DNA from: Alphaproteobacteria bacterium
GTDB taxonomy: Bacteria; Pseudomonadota; Alphaproteobacteria; Micavibrionales; UBA2020
Assembly: GCA_021413445.1 (NCBI GenBank)
Contig: JAIOQI010000021.1
Coordinates: 47,871 to 111,870 of the forward strand
Direction of reading: 5' to 3'
DNA: 64,000 bases
A model generated the notes under the pieces. It searched no databases and was not told the DNA's origin. It saw nothing but the letters and a program-made list of their open reading frames with translations. Position numbers and translations under genes: made by a program. Positions within the stretch are counted from its first letter, which is position 1. Each line of letters starts with the position of its first letter. Shown here piece after piece: positions 17,952-27,479 of this stretch.

Positions 17952-17985
17952 AAAAAAAACGGCCCGGCATATCATTCCGGGCCGT
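17952..17985 (-). terminator. Rho-independent terminator downstream of the SPFH gene
   Basis: The stem is ACGGCCCGG / CCGGGCCGT (17959-17967 / 17977-17985). On the minus strand it is followed by a run of 7-8 T (plus-strand A run at 17952-17958). Confidence 0.5.
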
Positions 17986-18007
17986 TTTAGTGGTTATTAC
18001 GTCATTG

Positions 18008-18901
18008 TTACGGCTTCGCTTCCGATGTGCCTTTATTGTTCGGTTTAACCCCGTCATTGGCGGGTTTCGCCAGCGGCTTGGCCAGCGTTTTGCCCAGGGT
18101 TTGTATCTGGCTCAGGATGTCGCTGGAATTGCTGGTGGTGATGATGACATTGCCGTTCTTCGCGGCATCGCGCAGGGTGTCGTTTGCCATCGCCAGCAGG
18201 ATGGTTTGCTGCGCCATTTCCTCGGTCAGCCCCTGTGCAGACAGTTTGTTGAACTGTTCGGCATAGTTTTTGAAGATGGCGCTGCGCTGTTCGGCGACGC
18301 CTTCGCCGTCCAGGCGCAGTTCTTCCTTGCGGCCTTCGGCGCGGAGGATAGCCGATTTCTTTTCCGCCTCGGCGTTATTGAGTTTCGCCGTTGCTTCGCG
18401 CTCGCTCGCTTTGACGTTGTTGTAAGCGGTCTGGATTTCCGCCGGGGCCTGCGGCTCATCGACGATGACATCGACGATCTTGACGCCATAGAGGTCTTCG
18501 ATCTCCTTGCCGACCTTTTCGCGCACCTGCTCGCTGAGGAGTTCACGCGCCTGATAAAGCTCGGCGAAGTCCATTTTGGAGGTCAGCTGCTTCATGGCCG
18601 CGGTAATGCGCGACTGGACCTGTTCATCGGGATTGTTGGAGTTGTAGTGATATTTCTTGCTGTCAAAAACCTGCAGGTGCATCTTGATCGGGATGGTGAC
18701 GAAAATATCGTCCTTGGTTTTAGTCCGGAGATCGTCGCGGCTCTGATAGATCTCGGTGGAGACGCGCTTGGCGATGGTTTGAAAAGGCCACGGCAGCTTC
18801 ACTTTCAGCCCGGCCGCCGTAATGGTCTTGACGTATTTGCCGAAGCTTTCGATAATCAGTTCTTCTTTTTCGCCGACAGTATAAATAAAAGCCATTATCA
18901 T
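18008..18901 (-). CDS. SPFH/Band-7 (prohibitin-like) domain protein
   Basis: 297 aa. The N-terminal SPFH-like segment reads ESFGKYVKTITAAGLKVKLPWPFQ...DDIFVTIPIKMHLQV, followed by a long coiled Ala/Glu-rich region. Confidence 0.8.
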   Translation of the reverse strand: MIMAFIYTVGEKEELIIESFGKYVKTITAAGLKVKLPWPFQTIAKRVSTEIYQSRDDLRTKTKDDIFVTIPIKMHLQVFDSKKYHYNSNNPDEQVQSRITAAMKQLTSKMDFAELYQARELLSEQVREKVGKEIEDLYGVKIVDVIVDEPQAPAEIQTAYNNVKASEREATAKLNNAEAEKKSAILRAEGRKEELRLDGEGVAEQRSAIFKNYAEQFNKLSAQGLTEEMAQQTILLAMANDTLRDAAKNGNVIITTSNSSDILSQIQTLGKTLAKPLAKPANDGVKPNNKGTSEAKP

Positions 18902-18938
18902 TCTCCTTAAAGGTTTTGTGCATTTATCAGACCCGCAA

Positions 18939-18967
18939 GAAGTAGATCAAAGCAAAGCTTATGTCAA
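18939..18967 (-). promoter_or_regulatory. Candidate sigma-70 promoter for the SPFH gene
   Basis: The minus strand reads TTGACA (18967-18962), then 17 nt, then TACTTC. The -10 element is weak. Confidence 0.3.
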
Positions 18968-19037
18968 TATAGCCTTATCATAATGATTCCATTGTGCTTT
19001 TTGCTTTTAACGATAAAAAGCGATACAACTGTTAGCC

Positions 19038-19979
19038 ATGACAGCATGTCTCAAAATCGGCACGCGCGGCAGCCCGCTGGCGCTGGCGCAGACAGAACTC
19101 CTGATCGCCCAGTTGCGCGGGAAACACCCCGCATTGCGCGAGCCGGGGGCGGTGGAAATCGTGAAAATCGTCACCACCGGCGACAAGATCCAGGACCGCG
19201 CCCTCTCCGAAGTGGGTGGCAAGGGCCTTTTCACCAAAGAGATCGAGGAAGCCCTGCTCGACGGCGCGATTGACTGCGCCGTCCATTCGATGAAAGATAT
19301 GCCGACGCAGTTGCCGTTGGGATTGTCCATCCCCTGCCTGTTGCCGCGGGAAGACGTCCGTGACGCATTTTTTTCACTGAAGGCGGAGACGCTGGACAGC
19401 CTGCCGCCCGGTGCCGTGATCGGCACCTCCAGCCTGCGCCGGCAGGCCATCATTCTGGCGCGCCGCCCCGACCTGAAAACAACCGTCCTGCGCGGCAATG
19501 TCGGCACACGGCTGAAAAAACTTGAAGAGGGTGCGGTCGATGCGACCATCCTGGCCGTGGCGGGACTGAACCGGCTGGGGCAAAGTCATTTGATTAAAAA
19601 CATCCTGGAGCCGGAAGTGATGCTGCCCGCCGTGGCGCAAGGCGCCGTCGGCATCGAGGTGCGCGAGAACGACGCCCGCGTCAAGGCGCTTCTTTCCGCC
19701 GTGCATTGCAACATAACCGAATTGCGCGTGACGGCGGAGCGTGCCTTTCTGGAAGTGATGGACGGTTCCTGCAAGACGCCACTCGCCGCGCTGCTGGGCG
19801 TGCCGGACCCGCAGCACCGCGCGCGTTTTGATGTATTGGTGGCGCGCCCGGACGGCAGCGATGTCAGGAAAGAATCCTACCTGATGCAGGTGTCGAATTT
19901 AAATGAGGCACGGCAACTGGGTCAGCATGCGGGCAATGAGCTGAAGGCGAAGCTGCCCGCCGGATATTTTTCGTTTTAA
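19038..19979 (+). CDS. hemC: Hydroxymethylbilane synthase (porphobilinogen deaminase) HemC
   Basis: LKIGTRGSPLALAQ, TTGDKIQDRALSEVGGKGLFTKEIE and GTSSLRRQ are typical of HemC. Confidence 0.9.
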   Translation: MTACLKIGTRGSPLALAQTELLIAQLRGKHPALREPGAVEIVKIVTTGDKIQDRALSEVGGKGLFTKEIEEALLDGAIDCAVHSMKDMPTQLPLGLSIPCLLPREDVRDAFFSLKAETLDSLPPGAVIGTSSLRRQAIILARRPDLKTTVLRGNVGTRLKKLEEGAVDATILAVAGLNRLGQSHLIKNILEPEVMLPAVAQGAVGIEVRENDARVKALLSAVHCNITELRVTAERAFLEVMDGSCKTPLAALLGVPDPQHRARFDVLVARPDGSDVRKESYLMQVSNLNEARQLGQHAGNELKAKLPAGYFSF

Positions 19980-20563
19980 AAACCGCAACGGTATTTGCGG
20001 ATAATTTTATCTCGAATCGAGCGCAGCGTCACCGGCGACGCGACCCATCTGAGGTTCAGCCTGTCAGGGATCGCATAGTGGTTGAAAACTTCCGTCAATT
20101 TTATGAATTCCGACGTTTTTTCCATTTCCCACGCCCGGTGCGGCTGGGTGGCGCTGGAAATAAACCCCTGAATATCCTCGATATTAAACGCACTCGCTAC
20201 CCCCATGATCGCATGAAACAGCGTGTCGGTATCTTGGGGATCATGGAGAACTTTATTCAGTTCCGGATTATAAGCGGTCAGGAGATGCCAAACCCCGGCC
20301 AGTCTTTCCTGCTGCTCCGCCACCGTCAGGCTTTCCTTCCGCCAGGACAAAAGGGCGTAATTTTGCAGGTCACGCGGGGAGAGCCCCTCCGGCAGGCGGT
20401 ACCGCTGTGAAACTCCGGTCAGGCTGTATTTCTTTTCAAAGTCCACGGGAGGCTGGCAGAAATCCCGGTCCGGAATTTCTCCAAAAACAGCTTCATGCTC
20501 ATCCCGCCACTGTTTCAGGCAGGCTGTGATCCCAGCCAAGGTGTCGCGCGTCATGTCATCCAT
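19976..20563 (-). CDS. Hypothetical protein (195 aa), no recognisable domain
   Basis: This is an intact ORF in a gene-dense context. It is convergent with hemC, with a 4 nt overlap of the gene ends. No motif was recognised. Confidence 0.45.
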   Translation of the reverse strand: MDDMTRDTLAGITACLKQWRDEHEAVFGEIPDRDFCQPPVDFEKKYSLTGVSQRYRLPEGLSPRDLQNYALLSWRKESLTVAEQQERLAGVWHLLTAYNPELNKVLHDPQDTDTLFHAIMGVASAFNIEDIQGFISSATQPHRAWEMEKTSEFIKLTEVFNHYAIPDRLNLRWVASPVTLRSIRDKIIRKYRCGF

Positions 20564-20708
20564 GTCTGCTTTCTACAAAATGTTTATGAAAAAAACAAGC
20601 TTTTAAAAAATAAGAACCATTTTCTCTATATTATTCAAGCAACTAATCACCCTTGCCCTGCGGGCGAAACGCGGGTGATAATAGGCAGCGTAGGGAGATT
20701 CAGAAATC

Positions 20709-22811
20709 ATGCGTTCCGTTCTCGTCACCCGCCCCCAGCCGATGGCCGATGAATTTGCGGAGAAGCTGCGCCGTGAAGGCTTCGGGGTCTATCTGGCGCC
20801 GATGATGGAATACGTTGAAATGGAAGCCGATCTTGACGACCTGGGCCCTTACCAGGCTCTGGTTTTCACCAGCGCGCAAACGGTGCGGGTTTTTTCCCGC
20901 CGCTCCCGCGAACGGCGGCTGCCCGTGCTGGCGGTGGGCGATGCCACGGCGGAAACGGCGAGCCTGGCCGGGTTCACCGAAGTCTATTCGGCCAAAGGCA
21001 ACGGCAAAGACGTGGTCAACCTGATCCGCGCTAAGGCAAAAGAGCTGTCGCTTAAAAAAGTCCTTCACCCCTGCAGTGAAAATACACCGCACGACATCAG
21101 CGTCACCGCCGGCAAGTTCGGCGTAAAAATCGTCCAGCGCCAGCTCTACAAAGCGCGTTTTGTCGATCGGCTTCCGGACGATGTGTTGTGGGCCCTGCAG
21201 GACGACAACATCGACACTGTGACCTTGTTCTCCGCGAGAACCGCCGCCAATTTTGTCCGTATCATGCAGCAGGACAACCTGCGCGGCGTCAGTAAAAAAA
21301 TAAGAGTCGTCTGCATTAGTGAGCAGGTGGCGGCAGCCGTAAAGGATGTCCCTTGGCGGGAAGTAAACGTTTCCCCCCAGCCCAACACGGGGTCGATGCT
21401 GGAAATCCTGAAAGAACGGAAACCTATATACGCGGATATGGCGCCCCTGCCCGTGGAAGCCGTCATCCTTGCTTTCGGCGGCATCCGGCCGCTGGCCAAC
21501 CGGCTTAAAATCACCTCCAGCACCGTGCAGGGCTGGAAGAAGCGCGGCATCATCCCCGAGATCCGCACGGAAGCCGTGCTGCGGGCGGCCAAAGAGGACG
21601 GGATTGATATCGCCCGGCTGCGCGGAAAAGAAACGGAAAAAGCGAAACTACCGGCGCAAAACCAGGTAAAGCCGCCGCCCGCCGGCCCCCGCGTCCACAA
21701 GCAACCGCCGCAAGACGCTATCCTCCAGGAAAAACTGCGGTTCCTGAAACGCGGGGCCCTGACCTTCGTTGTTATATTTATTGCGGCGGGACTGGTGGGT
21801 CTTTTCCTTTTAGCTCCCGAATACTCCTATATAAAAACCCACCCCTTCACTTTCGGCAAAACTCTCGGCAGCCAGATCAGGAATCTCACCCAACCCCTGG
21901 CCACCGCCGCCAGCCAAATTGAAACAACCGCTTTCAGCGCCGGTTCCCCGCAGGAACTCCTGAGCATGCTGAATGACGTGGCAGCGCTACGCCAGACGCC
22001 GGAAGGCAGCGCCGCCATAGCCGAATCCCTGAAGACGCTGCACGCGCTTCTCGCCCAGTCCCCGGACGCGCCTGAAAATATAGATGCCGCCGTCAACGCG
22101 GCGCGAAGCCGCGACCAGACGCTGAACGGCCTGTTAGGCCAGGTCGGCGTCAAGGACGTGGCGGCGGGGGCGATGCTGCTTGCCCTGAACGAGTTCAGGA
22201 ATAATTTTGACAACCACCGCCCTTATGCCGAGGATTTGGCGCTGTTGCAGAAACTGGCGGGGAACGACCCGGAAACAAGCCGCGCCCTGCAGCGCCTGTC
22301 CCCCTACGCCCGAAAAGGCGTCATGAGCCGCGAAGCCCTGCAGGTGGAACTCAAAGGCCTTGCCGCCGACGTCGTCCTGGCAAAAGTGCAGGGCCAGAAC
22401 GTCTCGGTAAAGGAACAGGCCTTGCAACGGCTCGACAAATTGTCAAAATCCGCCCGCGCCGGAGATATACAGGGCCGGGAAACCGAGGCGGTTGTAGCGC
22501 GGGCGCAATTGCTGCTGAACCAGGGCGATGTCAAAGGCGCGATGCGCGAACTGCAGGCGCTGGAAGGCGCATCGGCGCAAACCGTCGAACCCTGGATGGA
22601 CAATGCCGCGGGATATGTGATCGCCGGCCAATCTTCAGACGACCTGACACAGGTCATCCTGCAGGCTGTCTCGGGGGGTTCCACTTCTTCGCTGGAAAGT
22701 TTTCTGTCCTCAATCAAGGAAGCGATCAGCGGCCCTGATGTTCCCTATCTCTCCCCTGCCCTGAAAAACGGCAGCGGTTATGAAGGCGTATTGCCGCCAA
22801 CCGCGCCATAA
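20709..22811 (+). CDS. hemD: Fusion protein: uroporphyrinogen-III synthase (HemD) domain, a short helix-turn-helix-like segment, a TM anchor, and a mitofilin (Mic60)-like C-terminal region
   Basis: This is a single uninterrupted 700-codon frame. Residues 1-235 look like HemD (VLVTRPQ..., [20 protein letters not shown]). Residues 349-369 form a TM segment ([21 protein letters not shown]). Residues from about 520 to 650 read [12 protein letters not shown]...[41 protein letters not shown], matching my recollection of the alphaproteobacterial mitofilin-domain pattern. That pattern is GDL.gA...L..L followed by W.. near the C-terminus. Confidence 0.7.
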   Translation: MRSVLVTRPQPMADEFAEKLRREGFGVYLAPMMEYVEMEADLDDLGPYQALVFTSAQTVRVFSRRSRERRLPVLAVGDATAETASLAGFTEVYSAKGNGKDVVNLIRAKAKELSLKKVLHPCSENTPHDISVTAGKFGVKIVQRQLYKARFVDRLPDDVLWALQDDNIDTVTLFSARTAANFVRIMQQDNLRGVSKKIRVVCISEQVAAAVKDVPWREVNVSPQPNTGSMLEILKERKPIYADMAPLPVEAVILAFGGIRPLANRLKITSSTVQGWKKRGIIPEIRTEAVLRAAKEDGIDIARLRGKETEKAKLPAQNQVKPPPAGPRVHKQPPQDAILQEKLRFLKRGALTFVVIFIAAGLVGLFLLAPEYSYIKTHPFTFGKTLGSQIRNLTQPLATAASQIETTAFSAGSPQELLSMLNDVAALRQTPEGSAAIAESLKTLHALLAQSPDAPENIDAAVNAARSRDQTLNGLLGQVGVKDVAAGAMLLALNEFRNNFDNHRPYAEDLALLQKLAGNDPETSRALQRLSPYARKGVMSREALQVELKGLAADVVLAKVQGQNVSVKEQALQRLDKLSKSARAGDIQGRETEAVVARAQLLLNQGDVKGAMRELQALEGASAQTVEPWMDNAAGYVIAGQSSDDLTQVILQAVSGGSTSSLESFLSSIKEAISGPDVPYLSPALKNGSGYEGVLPPTAP

Positions 22812-22835
22812 GGCTTTCATTGGCGCCATCAGCCG

Positions 22836-24212
22836 TTACTGGTTCATGACACGGAAGAATTCATCGTTGTTCTTGGTGTCCTTCAGCTTATCGAGCAGGA
22901 ATTCCATCGCATCGACGGTGCCCATCGGCGACAGAATGCGGCGCAGCATCCACATCTTGTGCAGGACATCCTTATCGACCAGCAATTCTTCTTGCCGCGT
23001 GCCGGATTTCTGGATGTCGCTCGCCGGGAAGACGCGCTTGTCGGAAATCTTGCGGTCGAGGACGATTTCGCTGTTGCCGGTACCCTTGAATTCTTCGAAG
23101 ATTACCTCGTCCATCCGGCTGCCGGTGTCGATCAGCGCCGTTGAAATGATGGTCAGTGATCCGCCTTCCTCGACGTTGCGGGCGGCGCCGAAAAAGCGCT
23201 TCGGGCGCTGCAGCGCGTTGGCATCGACGCCGCCGGTCAGGACCTTGCCGGAAGACGGGACGACGGTGTTGTAGGCCCGCGCCAGGCGGGTGATGGAATC
23301 AAGCAGGATCACCACATCGCGTTTGTGCTCGACCAGGCGCTTGGCTTTTTCCAGCACCATTTCCGCCACCTGGACGTGGCGCGATGCCGGCTCGTCGAAG
23401 GTGGAGCTGATGACTTCGCCCTTCACGGAACGGTCCATATCCGTCACTTCCTCGGGGCGCTCGTCGATCAGGAGCACAATCAGGTAGGCGTCCGGGTGGT
23501 TGGCCTCGATGGAATGGGCGATGTTCTGCATGATGACGGTCTTGCCGGTGCGCGGCTGCGCCACGATCAGGGCGCGCTGGCCGAAGCCGATCGGCGCCAC
23601 CAGCTCGATCACCCGCTGGATGTTGGCTTTCTTGGTCGGGTTGTCCAGCTCCAGCTTGATCTTGCGGGAAGGATAAAGCGGGGTCAGGTTGTCGAAGTTG
23701 ATGCGGTGCTTGATATTTTCCGGGTTCTCGAAGTTGATGGTGTTGACCTTCAGCAGGGCGAAGTAACGCTCGGTATCCTTGGGCGAGCGGATCTCCCCTT
23801 CGACGGTGTCGCCGGTGCGCAGGCCGAAGCGCTTGATCTGGCTGGGGGAGACGTAAATATCGTCGGGGCCGGGCAAGTAGTTCTCTTCCGGCGAACGCAG
23901 AAAGCCGAAGCCGTCCTGCAGCACTTCCAGCACGCCGGAGCCGACAATCGGGATGTCCTGCTCGGCCAGGCGCTTCAGGAGCGCGAACATTATTTCCTGC
24001 TTGCGCATGGTGGAACAGTTTTCGACGCCGATGTTCTCGGCGTAGGCCAGAAGCTCGGCCGGCGACTTGTCCTTCAGCTCGGTCAGGTTCATGGCCTTGC
24101 CGTCGGTGCTGCGCGTGGAGGCTTCCGCCTCCATCAGTTCGGCTTCGGAGGGGCCTTCGGGGATATTGGTGCCGCTGCTGGAACCTGTCTGGCGCGGGGG
24201 GCGTTTATTCAC
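22836..24212 (-). CDS. rho: Transcription termination factor Rho (canonical core begins at MNLTELKDK; the about 41-residue N-terminal extension is uncertain)
   Basis: It contains [14 protein letters not shown], the P-loop PRTGKT, and the C-terminal [27 protein letters not shown]. Confidence 0.95.
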   Translation of the reverse strand: MNKRPPRQTGSSSGTNIPEGPSEAELMEAEASTRSTDGKAMNLTELKDKSPAELLAYAENIGVENCSTMRKQEIMFALLKRLAEQDIPIVGSGVLEVLQDGFGFLRSPEENYLPGPDDIYVSPSQIKRFGLRTGDTVEGEIRSPKDTERYFALLKVNTINFENPENIKHRINFDNLTPLYPSRKIKLELDNPTKKANIQRVIELVAPIGFGQRALIVAQPRTGKTVIMQNIAHSIEANHPDAYLIVLLIDERPEEVTDMDRSVKGEVISSTFDEPASRHVQVAEMVLEKAKRLVEHKRDVVILLDSITRLARAYNTVVPSSGKVLTGGVDANALQRPKRFFGAARNVEEGGSLTIISTALIDTGSRMDEVIFEEFKGTGNSEIVLDRKISDKRVFPASDIQKSGTRQEELLVDKDVLHKMWMLRRILSPMGTVDAMEFLLDKLKDTKNNDEFFRVMNQ

Positions 24213-24357
24213 GGGTGTTCTTCTTTCGTGGAAATGGGTTGGGGGGATATAAGATGCTTGAAACAGATCGAGGGGTGGGGGGTGTTTTATAAATATGTCC
24301 TGGCGCGTTCACGGAAACAGGCTGCCCTGCCTTCCCTTCGCAAACCGGATTGCTTTG

Positions 24358-24386
24358 ATTAAACCCCATAACGCGATGTATGTCAA
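24358..24386 (-). promoter_or_regulatory. Candidate sigma-70 promoter for rho
   Basis: The minus strand reads TTGACA (24386-24381), then 17 nt, then TTTAAT (24363-24358). This leaves a leader of about 140 nt before the first rho ATG. Confidence 0.4.
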
Positions 24387-24409
24387 CTCGTTTTAGACGG
24401 TCTCTTATA

Positions 24410-24440
24410 GAAAAAACCGGCAGAGGCCGCCCTCTGCCGG
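24410..24440 (-). terminator. Rho-independent terminator downstream of the 74-codon ORF
   Basis: A perfect 10 bp stem CCGGCAGAGG / CCTCTGCCGG with loop CCGC. On the minus strand it is followed by TTTTTTC. Confidence 0.6.
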
Positions 24441-24455
24441 TGAATGGTTTTTCCC

Positions 24456-24680
24456 CTAAAGTCCAAGCACCTTCCGGGCGTAGTTTTTCTGCCGCTCGGT
24501 CGTGGTTTTTTTGGCCGCAAACTCAAAAGCCTTGACGACTTTGGAAACAGTCAGTCCCTTCCTTTGAAATTCGGAAGCCGGAATAATGTCGATAAGCCGG
24601 TTGCCTTCCACAACAGAATAAGCGTCGTTGTTGCAGATGGAGCCTCTGTGGCCCTCGATAAAATATACGTTGATGGTCAT
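24456..24680 (-). CDS. Small hypothetical protein (74 aa)
   Basis: The ORF is bracketed by its own candidate promoter (24883-24911) and a strong terminator (24410-24440). AAAAGGAAAAAAGACC precedes the ATG. No family was recognised. Confidence 0.45.
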   Translation of the reverse strand: MTINVYFIEGHRGSICNNDAYSVVEGNRLIDIIPASEFQRKGLTVSKVVKAFEFAAKKTTTERQKNYARKVLGL

Positions 24681-24882
24681 GGTCTTTTTTCCTTTTAAAA
24701 TAAAGCGTTGGGTGTTTATTGCGTGGGAGGCGCGGATAAAAAACGCGGCATCCTCTTCGGGGGCAGAAATTCCTATAAGGGGGTTCTTAGGCTCTGCCCG
24801 CCAACATTCGCATGCGGGGCATCATGGTGCGCCCGTTTAAAAAAGATACTGAGTACTGCTGCGAATCGGTTTTCATATCTCT

Positions 24883-24911
24883 AATATATAAAAACCACAG
24901 CTCTTCGTCAA
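24883..24911 (-). promoter_or_regulatory. Candidate sigma-70 promoter upstream of a long leader and the 74-codon ORF
   Basis: The minus strand reads TTGACG (24911-24906), then 17 nt, then TATATT (24888-24883). Confidence 0.35.
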
Positions 24912-24938
24912 TATTTTAATACGAAAAACATCAGCCTC

Positions 24939-25388
24939 TCAAAACGGCTTCACGATCACCATGATGACGATCACGATCATCAGGACCGTCGGTATCTCAT
25001 TCGCCTTGCGGTAAAACGCCGCCGAATGATGGTTTTTGTCTTTCAGGAAAGCCTTGCGCCACCGCGACAGGAAGGCGTGGAATATCTGCATCAGGACAAG
25101 CGCCCCCAGTTTTACATGCATCCACCCCCCCGACGACAGGAGGCCGGGATTGGCGGCGAGCATCGCCAGCCCAAACCCCCAGGACAGGATCATCGCCGGA
25201 TTGATAATGATGCGCAAAAGTTTCCTTTCCATGATTTTAAGCGTTTCAGAAAGCTCCGAACCTTTGTCAGCGCCGGTATGATAAACGTAAAGCCGTGGCA
25301 GATATAACATCCCCGCCATCCAGGACATCACCGCGATGAGGTGAAGGGCTTTAAACCAGTCATAATGGGATAAAATAAAATCAGTCAT
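24939..25388 (-). CDS. hemJ: Protoporphyrinogen IX oxidase HemJ-type membrane protein (149 aa)
   Basis: MTDFILSHYDWFKALHLIAVMSWMAGMLYLPRLYVYH... with four TM segments is typical of the HemJ family. The ATG at 25388 overlaps the hemH stop. The longer 311-codon track ORF is an artefactual upstream extension through hemH. Confidence 0.8.
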   Translation of the reverse strand: MTDFILSHYDWFKALHLIAVMSWMAGMLYLPRLYVYHTGADKGSELSETLKIMERKLLRIIINPAMILSWGFGLAMLAANPGLLSSGGWMHVKLGALVLMQIFHAFLSRWRKAFLKDKNHHSAAFYRKANEIPTVLMIVIVIMVIVKPF

Positions 25389-26406
25389 TTTTCGCTCCTT
25401 TGTAACATTTGTTGAAACGGCCCGGGCAGGTTCTTTCGCTCGTCGCGGGAGCGTACAAAACCAGATCCCGCAAGCCCTCGATAAATTGGGGATGAGCGCC
25501 AACCGTGGGCACCCGCGCAAAATAAGGGATGCCCATTTCCTGCGCGCGCTGGCGATATTCAATGTCGATTTCCACCAGTGTTTCGACATGCTCCGATACA
25601 AAGGCGCAGGGATAGACAACAACCCCCGTCCTGTCCGCCGCCGCTTTTTGCAAAGCCTCCCCGATGGAGGGGCCGATCCACGGCAGCCGCCCGACCCGGC
25701 TCTGGTAGCAGAGCCGGCAATCCAGCCCCGGAATATCCAGTTGCCGGACAATCGCCGCTGCCGTTTGCTCGCACTGGTGCTGGTAGGGATCGCCGCGCCT
25801 GATGACTCTTTCCGGAAGGCCGTGCGCGGAAAGCAACAGCCGCGTTTTTTGCGGCGCTTTCCGCAAGGCCGCACGGATTAATTCCACGGAGGCGGTGATA
25901 AATCCCGCATTAAGAGGGTAACAGCAGATCTCCGTTGTTGGCAGCTCCAGCCCGAGCTTTTTTGCCGCCTGCTGCCAGTTCTGCAATGATGAAAAGCTGG
26001 TGGTGGTGGAAAACTGCGGATAAAGCGGCAACAGGACGATTTTGTCCGGCCGGAAAGCGGCGACCTCCTGAACCGTCTGTTCCGCCAGAGGATGCCAGTA
26101 GCGCATTGAAACAAAAACCCGCGCGCCGGGAGATTTTTCCTGCAAGGCCCGCTCCAGCGCCTCTGCCTGGGCGATGGTATTGGCCAGCAGCGGCGATGCC
26201 CCGCCCAGATGCCCGTAAGATTTTTTCGCCGCGCCGCCGCCGCGCCGCCATGAAATCCATTTTGCCAGGCCATAGCGCAGCGGCTGTGGCAGCGGAATGA
26301 TATTTTTATCCATGAAAAAATTGAACAGGAAGGGTTTGATGGCGGCCGCCGAAGAAGGCCCGCCCAGATTCAACAGCACCACGGCCAGCTTTTGCGTTGA
26401 CGGCAT
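25381..26406 (-). CDS. hemH: Ferrochelatase HemH
   Basis: VLLNLGGP, YPQFSTTT, SAHGLP and AFVSEHVETLVEID are typical ferrochelatase blocks. Confidence 0.9.
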   Translation of the reverse strand: MPSTQKLAVVLLNLGGPSSAAAIKPFLFNFFMDKNIIPLPQPLRYGLAKWISWRRGGGAAKKSYGHLGGASPLLANTIAQAEALERALQEKSPGARVFVSMRYWHPLAEQTVQEVAAFRPDKIVLLPLYPQFSTTTSFSSLQNWQQAAKKLGLELPTTEICCYPLNAGFITASVELIRAALRKAPQKTRLLLSAHGLPERVIRRGDPYQHQCEQTAAAIVRQLDIPGLDCRLCYQSRVGRLPWIGPSIGEALQKAAADRTGVVVYPCAFVSEHVETLVEIDIEYRQRAQEMGIPYFARVPTVGAHPQFIEGLRDLVLYAPATSERTCPGRFNKCYKGAKND

Positions 26407-27479
26407 TATCTTTGGTGCGTCTTGATGATTTTTGCCAGCTGCTCGATATGCTCCAGCGGCGTTTCCTTGATCACGCCGTGCCCCAGGTTGAAAATGAAGG
26501 GCGCGTTTTCGGCCGACTTCAGGATATAATGCAGGGCGCTTTCCAGCGGTTTTCCTCCAATCAGAAGCAAGACCGGGTCGAGGTTGCCCTGCAGGGCAAC
26601 TTTGCGGCCGAAGCTGTGCACCGCCTCTTTCAACGGGAAATACTGGTCAAGGCCGACGCAGCTCACCCCTGATTTTTCGGCATACGGCTGATAAAGCTGC
26701 CCGGCGCGGCGCGGGAAGCCGATCACGGGGAATTTGGGAAAAACCTTATGAATGTTGTCGACGATCTTGCGGGTGGGCGCGATCACCCAGCGCTCGAAAT
26801 AATGATCGGGCAGCAAACCCGCCCAGCTGTCGAAGATCTGCACCGTGTCCGCGCCATGCCGGATCTGCTCGATCAGGTAGCGCGACGTCGCCTCGACCAG
26901 AGTGTTGATGAGTTTATCAAAGCCGGAAGGGTTGCCGAAGGCGAATTTTTTGACTGCGGTGAATTCATTGTCGCCATGCCCTTGTATCATGTAACAGGCC
27001 ACCGTCCAGGGCGCGCCGGCAAAGCCGATCAGGGCTTTGTCCGGCTCCAGGGCTTCGCGGACGCGGCTGACGGTTTCATAGACCGGCTGAAGTTTTTTAT
27101 CAAAAGCGCCGATGTCAAAGTCATGAAAATCCTTCAGGCCCGGAAAGGGGCCAAGGCGCGGCCCCTCCCCCTCGGCAAAATCGAGCTTTTGCCCGAGGGC
27201 GTAAGGGATCACCAGGATGTCCGAAAAAAGAATCGCCGCATCCATGTCAAAACGCCGGAGGGGCTGCAGCGTCACTTCGGCGGCCAGTTCGGGACTGAAG
27301 CAAAGGTCGAGGAAAGACCCGGCCTTTTTGCGCAGCTCGCGGTACTCGGGCAAATAACGTCCGGCCTGCCGCATCAGCCAGAACGGCACGTAAGGCGTGG
27401 CTTCCCCTGCCAGGGCGCGCAGCAGCAGTTTTTCTTCCGGCAGCTTTTCTGATGGCATGTTCACTTTAATCTTCCTCAC
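26406..27479 (-). CDS. hemE: Uroporphyrinogen decarboxylase HemE (start may be the ATG at 27458)
   Basis: PFWLMRQAGRYLPEY, LFSDILV and the C-terminal FNLGHGV are HemE signatures. Confidence 0.9.
   Translation of the reverse strand: MRKIKVNMPSEKLPEEKLLLRALAGEATPYVPFWLMRQAGRYLPEYRELRKKAGSFLDLCFSPELAAEVTLQPLRRFDMDAAILFSDILVIPYALGQKLDFAEGEGPRLGPFPGLKDFHDFDIGAFDKKLQPVYETVSRVREALEPDKALIGFAGAPWTVACYMIQGHGDNEFTAVKKFAFGNPSGFDKLINTLVEATSRYLIEQIRHGADTVQIFDSWAGLLPDHYFERWVIAPTRKIVDNIHKVFPKFPVIGFPRRAGQLYQPYAEKSGVSCVGLDQYFPLKEAVHSFGRKVALQGNLDPVLLLIGGKPLESALHYILKSAENAPFIFNLGHGVIKETPLEHIEQLAKIIKTHQR

Noticed and set aside
24939-25874. A 311-codon track ORF extending hemJ upstream.
   Set aside because: The N-terminal 162 codons overlap hemH in another frame and translate to Arg/Gly-rich nonsense. 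The HemJ-like sequence begins at the ATG at 25388, which overlaps the hemH stop.
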